Assembly (NCBI GenBank): GCA_035758565.1
Contig: DASTXL010000001.1
Location: forward strand, 75,242 to 139,241
Direction of reading: 5' to 3'
DNA: 64,000 bases
Source of the DNA: Candidatus Saccharimonadales bacterium
GTDB lineage: Bacteria > Patescibacteriota > Saccharimonadia > Saccharimonadales > UBA10212
The position numbers and the translations under genes are program-made. Numbering within the stretch: the stretch's first letter is position 1; each line of letters starts with the position of its first letter. Below the pieces are notes generated by a model. That model worked only from the letters and a program-made list of their open reading frames with translations. It was not told where the DNA came from and did no database searches. Positions 52,520 to 61,533 of the stretch are shown piece after piece.

Positions 52520-53878
52520 ATGAAGACAAAAATCGCAATTAACGGCTTTGGCCGCATTGGACGCAACGCTTTTAAGATCGCGCACGACCGAAGTGATCTA
52601 GAAATTGTGGCCGTTAACGACCTGACCGACACCAAAACCTTGGCGCATTTATTAAAACACGACAGCAACTATGGTGCTTATGATGCCGAGGTTGGCTACG
52701 ACGACCAAAACTTAATTGTTAATGGTCAAAAGATTCGAGTGCTAGCCGAAAAAGATCCAGCAGCCTTGCCATGGAAAGATCTGGGCGTTGAAGTTGTTAT
52801 AGAATCGACTGGATTCTTTGTTGATCCAGAGAAGGCCAAAGCCCACATTGCTGCCGGCGCCAAAAAAGTGGTTTTGAGCGCGCCAGCCAAGGGCGAAGGC
52901 GCGACTACTATCGTGCTGGGCGTCAACGAAGATAAATTAAAACTGGCGGGCGAAGTTATTAGCAACGCCTCTTGTACCACTAACTGCATTACGCCGGTTA
53001 TGGCCGTACTTGAACAGCATTTTGGTATCGACAAAGCCATGATGACCACTGTTCACAGCTATACCGCCAGTCAAAAGCTGCAAGACGCACCGGCCAAAGA
53101 CTTGCGCGAGGCCCGCAACGCGGCCGAAAATATTGTGCCCACCACTACTGGTGCCAGCATTGCGGCCGCCAAAGCTATGCCAGCACTTGAAGGCGTGTTC
53201 GGTGGCTTGAGCGTGCGTGTGCCAACTCCTGTCGTATCCTTGAGTGACTTTGTCGTGGTTACTAAAAAAGAAGTCACGGTTGATGAAGTCAACGAAGTCT
53301 TCAAGAAAGCTGCGGCTGATCCGTTTTACCAAGGTATTTTGGATGTAACCGAAGAAGAACTAGTTTCTAGCGACTTTATTGGCAACAGCCACTCGGCAAT
53401 TGTTGATCTTAAGCTCACCCACGTTGTTGGTGGCAATCTGCTTAAAGTGGTTGCCTGGTACGACAACGAATGGGGCTATTCTAACCGCTTGGTAGAGGTT
53501 ACCGCCGACGTCGGCAAATTACTGCAAGGCGGTGATTCTGGCGGTGCTCCAGTACCAGCTGCTGTCGCAGCTCCAGCCGACGCTCAACCACAGCCAGGGG
53601 TAGCACCGGTAGATCCAGAAACTCCAACACCAGCGGCCGAGCCAATGCTAGAGGCGCCAGCCGAAGCCAAAGAAGAGCTACTGCCGGCTCCGCAGCAATC
53701 CATGCAACCCCAAGCTGAGCAACCCTTCCAGCCAACTCCAGCTTCTGATTTCGCAGCTCCTGCTCCAACCCCAGCGGCATCAGTCCAGGAATCACCGACT
53801 CCAGCAGCAGCCAACCAGGCGCCAGCTCAACCATTGACGAATCCTAACGGTTCGATTGACGGTTTTCGACAATTCTAA
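52520..53878 (+). CDS. gap: Type I glyceraldehyde-3-phosphate dehydrogenase with ~115-aa P/A/Q-rich C-terminal extension
   Basis: INGFGRIGRN, SNASCTTNC (active-site Cys), WYDNEWGYSNR, then a low-complexity tail from about 53520. Confidence 0.95.
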   Translation: MKTKIAINGFGRIGRNAFKIAHDRSDLEIVAVNDLTDTKTLAHLLKHDSNYGAYDAEVGYDDQNLIVNGQKIRVLAEKDPAALPWKDLGVEVVIESTGFFVDPEKAKAHIAAGAKKVVLSAPAKGEGATTIVLGVNEDKLKLAGEVISNASCTTNCITPVMAVLEQHFGIDKAMMTTVHSYTASQKLQDAPAKDLREARNAAENIVPTTTGASIAAAKAMPALEGVFGGLSVRVPTPVVSLSDFVVVTKKEVTVDEVNEVFKKAAADPFYQGILDVTEEELVSSDFIGNSHSAIVDLKLTHVVGGNLLKVVAWYDNEWGYSNRLVEVTADVGKLLQGGDSGGAPVPAAVAAPADAQPQPGVAPVDPETPTPAAEPMLEAPAEAKEELLPAPQQSMQPQAEQPFQPTPASDFAAPAPTPAASVQESPTPAAANQAPAQPLTNPNGSIDGFRQF

Positions 53879-53888
53879 GGCAAATAGC

Positions 53889-54380
53889 ATGAATATCGCC
53901 CTAGCTACAGATCACGCTGGCTTTGAACAGCTCAAGGATCTTCAGGGTTTTCTAGAGAGCCTAGGGCACGTTTATACGAATTTTGGGCCGACCAAGCTCG
54001 ATCCGAGCGATGATTACCCGGATTTTATCTTCCCGGCTGCCAAAGCCGTGGCGGGCGGTGAGTGCGAAGCCGGCATTATCTTAGGTCGTAGCGGGCAGGG
54101 CGAAGCCATGGCCGCTAACCGCGTAAAAGGTGTGCGCTGCGCTGTTTTTTACGGAACGGCCGTAGCGAAAAATATCGTTGACGCCAGTGGGCAGGTCAGC
54201 CACGACCCGTATGAGATCATCAAGAAAAGTCGCGAGCACAACCATGCCAACATGCTCAGCTTGGCGGCTTCTTACCTAACCTTAGAAGATATGAAGCAAG
54301 TTGTTAAGCTTTGGCTAGAAACACCTTATGCGAACGAAGAGCGTCATGTTCGCCGAATCGAAAAACTGGACAAACAATGA
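53889..54380 (+). CDS. rpiB: Ribose-5-phosphate isomerase B
   Basis: MNIALATDHAGFEQLK..., GIILGRSGQGEAMAANR, RHVRRIEKL. The track start at 53856 overlaps gap. Confidence 0.88.
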   Translation: MNIALATDHAGFEQLKDLQGFLESLGHVYTNFGPTKLDPSDDYPDFIFPAAKAVAGGECEAGIILGRSGQGEAMAANRVKGVRCAVFYGTAVAKNIVDASGQVSHDPYEIIKKSREHNHANMLSLAASYLTLEDMKQVVKLWLETPYANEERHVRRIEKLDKQ

Positions 54381-54403
54381 TGATTAGCTTTGCGAATCAT
54401 CAG

Positions 54404-54478
54404 GGCCTAGGGTCTAGGGTAAAGGGTCTAGAAAACCAGAGCTGCCTAACCCCTAGTCCCTATACCCTAAAACCTAAG
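54404..54478. repeat. Imperfect long inverted repeat built from TAGGGT-like heptads
   Basis: The G-arm cctagggtc tagggta aagggtc tag faces the C-arm cccctag tccctat accctaa aacctaagg. About 26 potential pairs with a few mismatches. Confidence 0.6.
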
Positions 54479-54501
54479 GTAGCGGCCGGAGGCCGCGCCT
54501 G

Positions 54502-55149
54502 ATGCCCTGGATTTGTCCGACAATTACCGCCGAGGATTTAGATGAGTACCATAAACAAATGGAAAAGGTGGCGAGCTTTGCCCACCGTATTCACATTGAT
54601 TTAACGGATGGAAAATTTGCGCCTAGCCAAACCGTTCAGCCGGCAGAAGCCTGGTGGCCGGTGGGTATTAAGGCAGACTTTCATGTAATGTTTCAGAATC
54701 CTTTGCCAGCCGCCAAAGAAATCCTTAAGCACAAGCCTAGTTTAATAATCATACACGCCGAAGCCGACGGCAACTTTGAAGAACTTGCAGAACTTTGCAG
54801 AAGTCATGGCGTATCTGTGGGCGTAGCTTTGCTGCCCAAAACTTCTCCGGAAGAAATTTATGGCGCGCTTGAACTTATAGATCACGTGCTGATTTTTTCG
54901 GGCAATCTTGGCTACCAGGGCGGCAGTCAGGCCAACCTTAATTTGCTAACCAAAGTGAATATGCTGAGATCCAAGAAACCGAGTCTAGAAATTGGTTGGG
55001 ACGGAGGAGCCAATACTCAGAATATCTCGCAGATAGTCTTTGGCGGCGTTGATGTAGTAAATGTTGGCGGTTTTATCCAAACAGCCGAAAATCCAGAACA
55101 TGCCTATAGCTCGCTGCTTAGAATCGCCGAAGAAACCGGCACCACCTAA
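54502..55149 (+). CDS. Ribulose-phosphate 3-epimerase family protein (divergent)
   Basis: HIDLTDGKFAP (compare H-x-D-x-M-D-G-x-F-V-P), IIIHAEA, GWDGGAN. TIM-barrel size. Confidence 0.65.
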   Translation: MPWICPTITAEDLDEYHKQMEKVASFAHRIHIDLTDGKFAPSQTVQPAEAWWPVGIKADFHVMFQNPLPAAKEILKHKPSLIIIHAEADGNFEELAELCRSHGVSVGVALLPKTSPEEIYGALELIDHVLIFSGNLGYQGGSQANLNLLTKVNMLRSKKPSLEIGWDGGANTQNISQIVFGGVDVVNVGGFIQTAENPEHAYSSLLRIAEETGTT

Positions 55150-55860
55150 TTAGCCAAAAATCTCTACGTATCTTATTCGTTCTAGCCGGCAAACTTCTAC
55201 TTCTTTAAGGCCCTCGCCGGTTTTAGTAACACTTTGAGACGTAATTCCTATAACCGCAGGCTTATTGGTAGGCAATCGTAAATCTTCAAATTCATATTTT
55301 AGAGTTTCCTGCACGTTCGAATGAAAGCCAACGCCGAACGGTCGGGACATGCCCGTATTGATTCGTTCTTTCACCGGGCGGACTCCAAATACTGCCGGTC
55401 TACCCCAATCGTCGTAAAGTATTACGCCCAAACCTTCTTGTCGTTCGAAGCGAGAGACGGCGTGCAGTCCCTCTTCTGGATAGTATTCGTGGTCGGGCTT
55501 GGGAGAATATTGAATGCCCACCAAACCACCTCTAGAGAAAACGCCTTTTTCTGCGGCCTCGCTAGCGATGGCCAAATTGGCGTGAGTGGCTACCGTCAGC
55601 CTTTCTCGACCGAACTTAATAAAGGTTTCAACGGGTAACTCCGCTAAATCAAACACCTCTCCGTAAAGTAGTTCTTTAATGGGCTGCTTGGGCTTGGCGG
55701 CCCTTATCTCAAACACCTTAGCGATGTCTTCTGCCTTTTTCCGGTAGCGCCTCAAAACTTCCCCAGGGGTTCTTCTGCTATACTCGGCATTTGCCGAAGA
55801 CAGCGGGAACCAGTAGCTTGGTTCAAATTCGTTAAGGGGTTTTAACTCGGGAGCGCTCAT
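55150..55860 (-). CDS. Hypothetical protein, antisense insert in the sugar-phosphate block
   Basis: 236-aa ORF with normal composition. No family recognised. Confidence 0.5.
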   Translation of the reverse strand: MSAPELKPLNEFEPSYWFPLSSANAEYSRRTPGEVLRRYRKKAEDIAKVFEIRAAKPKQPIKELLYGEVFDLAELPVETFIKFGRERLTVATHANLAIASEAAEKGVFSRGGLVGIQYSPKPDHEYYPEEGLHAVSRFERQEGLGVILYDDWGRPAVFGVRPVKERINTGMSRPFGVGFHSNVQETLKYEFEDLRLPTNKPAVIGITSQSVTKTGEGLKEVEVCRLERIRYVEIFG

Positions 55861-56032
55861 AAAAATATATCTTATAATAATATGACATATATGTAAATAT
55901 CTACCCTCTTTGAAATAGGTGTATAATCTTAAGCAGTATGAGTCCCGTTAGAACTCACTTAATTTCCAGCCTCTGGTTATCGTTTGAAAATCAGTGCTTG
56001 CTTCAAGACGCGCAATTAACTTTGGAGGCTTT

Positions 56033-56908
56033 TTGAGTTCTAACGGGATGGGTGTGGCACCAGAAAAACTAATAGAATTAGAAGAAACCGCCAACCGCAT
56101 CCGCGTTAATATTATTAGGATGCTAGAGCACGCTGGCAGCGGCCACTCGGCGGGCTCCCTTGGCCAGGCCGATATCTTTACGGCCCTTTATTTTTATATG
56201 TTGGTGCATAATCCGAAGAATCCAGATTGGGCCGACCGAGATATTTTGCTGCAATCTAACGGACATACTGTGCCGGTCCGCTATGCGGCCATGGCCGAGG
56301 CCGGCTATTTTCCTAAGCAAGAACTTCTAACTCTGCGACAATTTGGCAGCCGATTGCAAGGTCATCCGGAAAGAGTTCGTTTGCCTGGACTAGAGACTAC
56401 CAGCGGGCCCTTGGGCAGTGGTTTAAGTCAAGCTTGCGGTATAGCGCTCGCAATGCGTATGGATAATCAAACTCATCGTCACGTTTATGTGACGACTGGC
56501 GATGGCGAGCTGGATGAGGGCAACATTTGGGAGGCCGCCATGCTGGCCGGCAAATACAAGCTCAGCAACATCACGGTAATTGTTGATCGCAATAACATTC
56601 AGATCGATGGTACCACCGAAAACGTAATGCCGCTCGAAGACCTGCACGGCAAATGGTCTAGTTTTGGCTGGCACGTTATGGAAGTTAATGGTAACGACAT
56701 CGGCGCCGTGATCGAAGCTCTGCAGACCGCCAAAGCCATCACCGAAAAACCGGTTGCGATTCTAGCGCACACGGTTCCTGGCAAAGGCGTTGATTTTATG
56801 GAACAAGATTTTCATTGGCACGGTATTGCGCCCAACCACGAACAAGCCAAGAAAGCTTTGGCCGAGCTTAGAACTCTGGGCGGCAAAATCAGATCGGAGC
56901 ACCAATAA
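56033..56908 (+). CDS. Transketolase, N-terminal (TPP-binding) subunit
   Basis: GSGHSAGSLG, GDGELDEGNIWEA, DRNNIQIDG. Start ambiguous: TTG 56033 (after GGAGG) or ATG 56048. Confidence 0.9.
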   Translation: MSSNGMGVAPEKLIELEETANRIRVNIIRMLEHAGSGHSAGSLGQADIFTALYFYMLVHNPKNPDWADRDILLQSNGHTVPVRYAAMAEAGYFPKQELLTLRQFGSRLQGHPERVRLPGLETTSGPLGSGLSQACGIALAMRMDNQTHRHVYVTTGDGELDEGNIWEAAMLAGKYKLSNITVIVDRNNIQIDGTTENVMPLEDLHGKWSSFGWHVMEVNGNDIGAVIEALQTAKAITEKPVAILAHTVPGKGVDFMEQDFHWHGIAPNHEQAKKALAELRTLGGKIRSEHQ

Positions 56909-57888
56909 TGACGGATATGCATTTAGCGGCCGGCGAGCTAAAAAGTGAACCAATTCGTAAAGGCTTCGGCCTAGGCCTGGCCGAGGCCGGCAAGCGCTGG
57001 GATAACGTAGTTGCAGCCTGTGCCGATCTGACCGAATCAACCAACATGCACTTTTTTGCCGAAGCCTTTTCTTCAAGATTCATAGAAATTGGCGTGGCCG
57101 AGCAAAACTTAGTAACCGTTGGCTCCGGGTTGGCGGCAGCCGGCAAAATTCCTTTTGTCTCGAGCTATGCTGCTTTTAGCCCTGGGCGTAACTGGGAGCA
57201 GATCCGCACCACTATTTGCTTGAACGACCGACCGGTGAAAATCATTGGATCACACGCCGGTGTCAGTGTGGGGCCGGATGGCGCTACGCACCAAATGCTT
57301 GAAGACCTGGCTCTTATGCGTGCCCTGCCAAACATGGTAGTTATTGCGCCGTGTGACAGCGTGGAGGCCTACAAAGCCACGCTAGCTATGGTGAGTGATA
57401 AACGGCCTAATTACATGCGGTTGGCCCGAGAAGCCACTCCGGTGTTTACCACCGAAAAGACGCCTTTCGAAATTGGTAAAGCCCAAGTTTTTTGGCCGGG
57501 CAAAGACGTCACGCTCGTAGCCACCGGCACCATGACCTATCAAGCTATGGAAGCCGCCGATTTATTGGCCGAGCATAAAATAAAGGCCGAAGTTATTCAT
57601 GTTGCCACCATTAAGCCTTTAGACGGCAAAACCATCCTAGAAAGTGCCGCCAAAACCGGACATGTTATTACAATCGAAGAAGCCCAGATCAATGGCGGCT
57701 TGGGTGGGGCGGTGGCAGAACTTTTGAGCGAAAATCTGCCAACGCCAATGATAAGAATGGGTATGCGAGACCGTTTTGGCGAATCGGGCAAACCAGAAGA
57801 ATTGCTAGAGCACTTTGGCCTGACCGCCAAACATATCACTCAAGCTACCCAACATTTTCTATCAGATCATAACGGGCACAAACATTAG
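56908..57888 (+). CDS. Transketolase, C-terminal (pyrimidine-binding) subunit
   Basis: FIEIGVAEQNLV, GPDGATHQMLEDLALMRALPNM. ATGA overlap with the N-terminal subunit. Confidence 0.9.
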   Translation: MTDMHLAAGELKSEPIRKGFGLGLAEAGKRWDNVVAACADLTESTNMHFFAEAFSSRFIEIGVAEQNLVTVGSGLAAAGKIPFVSSYAAFSPGRNWEQIRTTICLNDRPVKIIGSHAGVSVGPDGATHQMLEDLALMRALPNMVVIAPCDSVEAYKATLAMVSDKRPNYMRLAREATPVFTTEKTPFEIGKAQVFWPGKDVTLVATGTMTYQAMEAADLLAEHKIKAEVIHVATIKPLDGKTILESAAKTGHVITIEEAQINGGLGGAVAELLSENLPTPMIRMGMRDRFGESGKPEELLEHFGLTAKHITQATQHFLSDHNGHKH

Positions 57889-57897
57889 GAGGAAGAA

Positions 57898-58809
57898 ATG
57901 CCGCTTACGCTTAACGAAATACGTGATAACTGCCAGAAGGCCCGTAATACATTTGCCCGAGCTCGCCGCGAACACTTTGCTTTGGGCGCCTTCAATCTAG
58001 ACAACCAAGAGACTTTGATAGCTGTTTCTCGGGCAGCCGCCAAAAAGAAGGCTCCGGTTTTAGTAGAGGTCAGCCATGGCGAAGTCGAGGCCATGGGGCT
58101 CGATAATATTCGTGACCTAGTCGATAACTACAAACGCGAATATAACATCGAGATGTACGTAAACCTCGATCATAGCCCAAGCGTCGAAGCTGCGATTGCT
58201 GGCGTTATGGCTGGATTTGAGTGCATTCACATTGACATATCTCAAGCCAAGCACGACGCTAGCGACGAAGAAATAATTGCCGGCACCAAGCAAGTAGTGC
58301 AAGCTGCTAAATTTACGGGCGCTTTGGTAGAGGCCGAACCGCACTATTTCGGTGGTGGTAGCAACGTTTTCACCAAAAAATTCGATTATGCAGAGATCAA
58401 GAAAACTTTCTCAACCCCAGAAGGCGCAAAGGCCTTTGTGGACGAGACTGGTGTGGACACTTTTGCGGCAGCAGTTGGCAACCTGCACGGCCATTACCCG
58501 GTGCCCAAAAAACTCGATCTGGAGCTTTTAAAGCGAATTTGCGAGGCACTTGATTGCAATATTTCTTTGCACGGCGGCAGCGGCACGCCTGGACATTATT
58601 TTATAGAGGCTGTAAAAATTGGTGTTACCAAAATAAATATAAATACCGATATGCGCATGGCTTACCGCGAGACCCTAGAAAAGGTGTTGGCTGAAAACAA
58701 GACTGAATTTGCGGTTGTTAAATTAATGGGCGAAGTTATAGACGAAGTCGAAAAAGTCGTGCTGTCAAAGATCGATGATTTCAACAGCACTGGCCACGCC
58801 CGACCCTAA
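57898..58809 (+). CDS. fba: Class II fructose/tagatose-bisphosphate aldolase
   Basis: GAFNLDN, NLDHS, AVGNLHG, SLHGGSGTP, KININTD. Confidence 0.85.
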   Translation: MPLTLNEIRDNCQKARNTFARARREHFALGAFNLDNQETLIAVSRAAAKKKAPVLVEVSHGEVEAMGLDNIRDLVDNYKREYNIEMYVNLDHSPSVEAAIAGVMAGFECIHIDISQAKHDASDEEIIAGTKQVVQAAKFTGALVEAEPHYFGGGSNVFTKKFDYAEIKKTFSTPEGAKAFVDETGVDTFAAAVGNLHGHYPVPKKLDLELLKRICEALDCNISLHGGSGTPGHYFIEAVKIGVTKININTDMRMAYRETLEKVLAENKTEFAVVKLMGEVIDEVEKVVLSKIDDFNSTGHARP

Positions 58810-58883
58810 CCTCTTGGCATAAGCAGTTTTGTGGTACAATTTAGGTAGTTAAGCGTGAGCGTAATAGAAAGAAAAATATTTTA

Positions 58884-59891
58884 ATGGCGCAATCAGAACT
58901 AGACGTATTATCGGTGGGCGACGTCGTAATTGATGACTTTATCCGCCTGCTAGACAAAGAAGAAAAAGTAGAACACACAAAAGACGGCAGCGAGTGGCTG
59001 GCCATTCCGTTTGGGACCAAAATCCCGTTCGATCATAACGAGGTGGTGCCAGCGGTGGGCAATGCCAGTAATGCGTCGGTAGCTTTTGCCAAACTCGGGC
59101 TAAAAAGCGGCTTGGTGGCCAACATTGGCGACGACGACCGTGGCCGCACTATTTTAGACGCCCTGCATAAAGCCGGAGTAGATTCCCGTTTTGTTCATAT
59201 AAACCATGGCAAGAAAAGCAACTATCACTACGTGCTTTGGTATAAAGATGAGCGCACAATTTTAATTAAACACGAAGAGTACGACTACCAATGGCCGACT
59301 TTCAGAATTAGCGATATACCACGTTGGATTTATTTTAGCTCCATCAGCGAGCACGCTATGGAATACCACGACCAAATCGCTGCTTGGCTAGAATACCACC
59401 CTTCCGTAAAAATGGCTTTTCAGCCGGGTACTTTCCAGATTGAGGCCGGCGCGCATCGTCTAAAGAAAATTTACGAACACAGCGAACTCATAGCCGTAAA
59501 TAGAGAAGAGGCCACCACCATTACCGGCGGCGACCACGGCAATGTTCACGACTTGTTAGATAGACTGCATGCCCTCGGGCCCAAAATCGTGGTAATCAGC
59601 GACGGCCACGCCGGCGCTTATGCCAGCGATGGCGTTAAGCGTTTGAAGATGCCAATTTATCCCGATATCAAGCCACCATATGATAGAACCGGTGCCGGCG
59701 ATGCTTTTACCAGTACCTTTGTGGCTGCCATCCTAAAAGGCGCCGATATTGAAGGCGCACTACTTTGGGCGCCCGTTAATAGCATGAGCGTAGTCCAGAA
59801 AGTCGGCGCTCAAGCTGGGCTTTTGACCGAACACGAACTAGAGCATTACTTAAGAATTGCTCCGCGCAATTACCATCCGGAGAAGTTCTAG
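58884..59891 (+). CDS. PfkB-family carbohydrate kinase
   Basis: GNASNASVAFAKLG and DRTGAGDAFTSTF (the PfkB signature 2 motif). Confidence 0.8.
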   Translation: MAQSELDVLSVGDVVIDDFIRLLDKEEKVEHTKDGSEWLAIPFGTKIPFDHNEVVPAVGNASNASVAFAKLGLKSGLVANIGDDDRGRTILDALHKAGVDSRFVHINHGKKSNYHYVLWYKDERTILIKHEEYDYQWPTFRISDIPRWIYFSSISEHAMEYHDQIAAWLEYHPSVKMAFQPGTFQIEAGAHRLKKIYEHSELIAVNREEATTITGGDHGNVHDLLDRLHALGPKIVVISDGHAGAYASDGVKRLKMPIYPDIKPPYDRTGAGDAFTSTFVAAILKGADIEGALLWAPVNSMSVVQKVGAQAGLLTEHELEHYLRIAPRNYHPEKF

Positions 59892-59893
59892 CC

Positions 59894-60922
59894 ATGAGCG
59901 ACTTGCTGGCAACCCTTGCCGGTAAAGACGAGCAAGAGTTTAAGGATATCGTAGCCGAGCTAGAAGAGCGCAGCGGTTTCCCGAGCGAGGACGTCAGGCA
60001 CCTATCAGAAACCACCCAAGCACTAAGGGCCAAAGTTGCACAACTCGGCTTAGACCCAGATGATACAACCGGCGAAGAGCTTTATTACGCTTTGCAAGCC
60101 CGCTATGAAAAGGATGCGGCTAGCGTGGACCGCGCGCTAGGAGTTAATGCCCAAACCTCATTTGCTGAACGGGCGCAAAAAGCTGCCGAGCTTGTTTATC
60201 ACAGCGTTGATCTTAAAGAAGTCTGGACTCTGAAAAACTCCGCGGCCAAGAATCTAATTAAGCAAAATCCGCCTAAAAAATTGATGAAAACTTTGCATTA
60301 TCGTTCCGTAGACTCTTTGCTTAAGCGCGAAGATATTGCCGCTATTTTTGTAAGCGCCGATTTGCTAGAAGTTTCAACTTGGCATAAAAAAGTTGAGGCC
60401 AAGCTCGCCAGACTTAGTTCGACCAGCTATGAACTCAAGCCTCTAAAGACGGTTGCTTTGCCAGATAAAATTCCTGGAACAGAGAACGCCTTCAAAGTGT
60501 TAGCAAACGGAGCGGTAGGTTCTATAGCTCTGAATCCTAAAGTTGGCAATGCTCCTACGTTAACAATGGCACTGCTGTTAATAGACGGCTTAGAAAGTCT
60601 GAGCGAAAATCGTTTGAGCCACAATTTACATAGGGCGCATCCAGCACTTAGCTGGTGGCTGGGCGCCGAGCACTTGCTAATGTTTAATGACGGCGAGCCG
60701 GTTTCGCTCAATTTTAAAGACGTATCGCATAACCATCTTGTTGGCGCGAATTACCAAGACCGTCTGCGCAGCAATGGTCACCATCTTTTTTGGGCAGGGC
60801 TAATGAACCGCTATCGCCAATATGTTGAAGAATTGCCAGTATCGGCAGCTGCCGCCAGCCAAGAAGTTACCAAAGCGTTTAAACCGGCGATTGATTTGGT
60901 GCCAGAATTGGTTGAGGCTTAA
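59894..60922 (+). CDS. Hypothetical conserved-looking protein, no recognisable family
   Basis: 342-aa ORF tightly packed between pfkB (2-nt gap) and the LOG-like gene (1-nt gap). Confidence 0.5.
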   Translation: MSDLLATLAGKDEQEFKDIVAELEERSGFPSEDVRHLSETTQALRAKVAQLGLDPDDTTGEELYYALQARYEKDAASVDRALGVNAQTSFAERAQKAAELVYHSVDLKEVWTLKNSAAKNLIKQNPPKKLMKTLHYRSVDSLLKREDIAAIFVSADLLEVSTWHKKVEAKLARLSSTSYELKPLKTVALPDKIPGTENAFKVLANGAVGSIALNPKVGNAPTLTMALLLIDGLESLSENRLSHNLHRAHPALSWWLGAEHLLMFNDGEPVSLNFKDVSHNHLVGANYQDRLRSNGHHLFWAGLMNRYRQYVEELPVSAAAASQEVTKAFKPAIDLVPELVEA

Positions 60923-60923
60923 G

Positions 60924-61493
60924 GTGGGTAAGTATCAATTTTGTGTTTCTGGAGCGGCTAAGGGCCAAAGCGTAGAGCAGGGCAAAAAGCTGGCTCATTC
61001 TGCTGGCGAAGCCATTGCCCGTGCTGGTCATAGTTTGATGACGGGTGCCACCACTGGGCTACCTAACGATTCAGCCGAAGGCTACAAGGCCGCCGGTGGC
61101 AAGATGAGTTTGGGCATCAGCCCGGCTAGCACTAAAGTCGAGCACGTTATGAAGTATCGGCTGCCCATCAAAGCCTATGACTGCATCTTGTATACAGGCC
61201 TGCACTATTCCGGCCGCGATGCTTTGCTCATTAATTCATCCGATGCCGTAGTCAGTGTCGGCGGACGGCTTGGCACCTTGCACGAATTCACGATTGCCGC
61301 CGAGACGCATACGCCAATTGGAATTTTGACCGGCGCTGGCGGCATTGGCGAACAGCTCGAAGGCTTGATGAAACTTCTGCCAAACGCTAATCCTGACTTG
61401 ATTGTCTTTGACGATGATCCAGATAGCTTGGTGGCTAAGTTGACTAAAATACTCGATGAGCTCCATAAACCCTACAGAAATCTATATGAGTAG
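60924..61493 (+). CDS. LOG/TIGR00725-like Rossmann-fold (SLOG) protein
   Basis: GTG at 60924 lies 6 nt after GAGG. FCVSGAAKG...LMTGATTG...VVSVGGRLGTLHEF resembles the LOG/DprA-like family. Confidence 0.55.
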   Translation: MGKYQFCVSGAAKGQSVEQGKKLAHSAGEAIARAGHSLMTGATTGLPNDSAEGYKAAGGKMSLGISPASTKVEHVMKYRLPIKAYDCILYTGLHYSGRDALLINSSDAVVSVGGRLGTLHEFTIAAETHTPIGILTGAGGIGEQLEGLMKLLPNANPDLIVFDDDPDSLVAKLTKILDELHKPYRNLYE

Positions 61494-61533
61494 GCTACTT
61501 GTGCTTTTAAGTGCTTAAGCTTACACTCTGCTT

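Noticed and set aside
53499-53834. Minus-strand ORFs 53499-53834 and 53584-53814
   Set aside because: They lie antisense to the Pro/Ala-rich GAPDH tail. Low-complexity mirror frames.
54404-54478. Heptad repeats considered as a CRISPR array or telomere-like array
   Set aside because: The units are only 7 nt, with no spacers and no cas genes. The arrangement is a single palindrome, not a tandem array.
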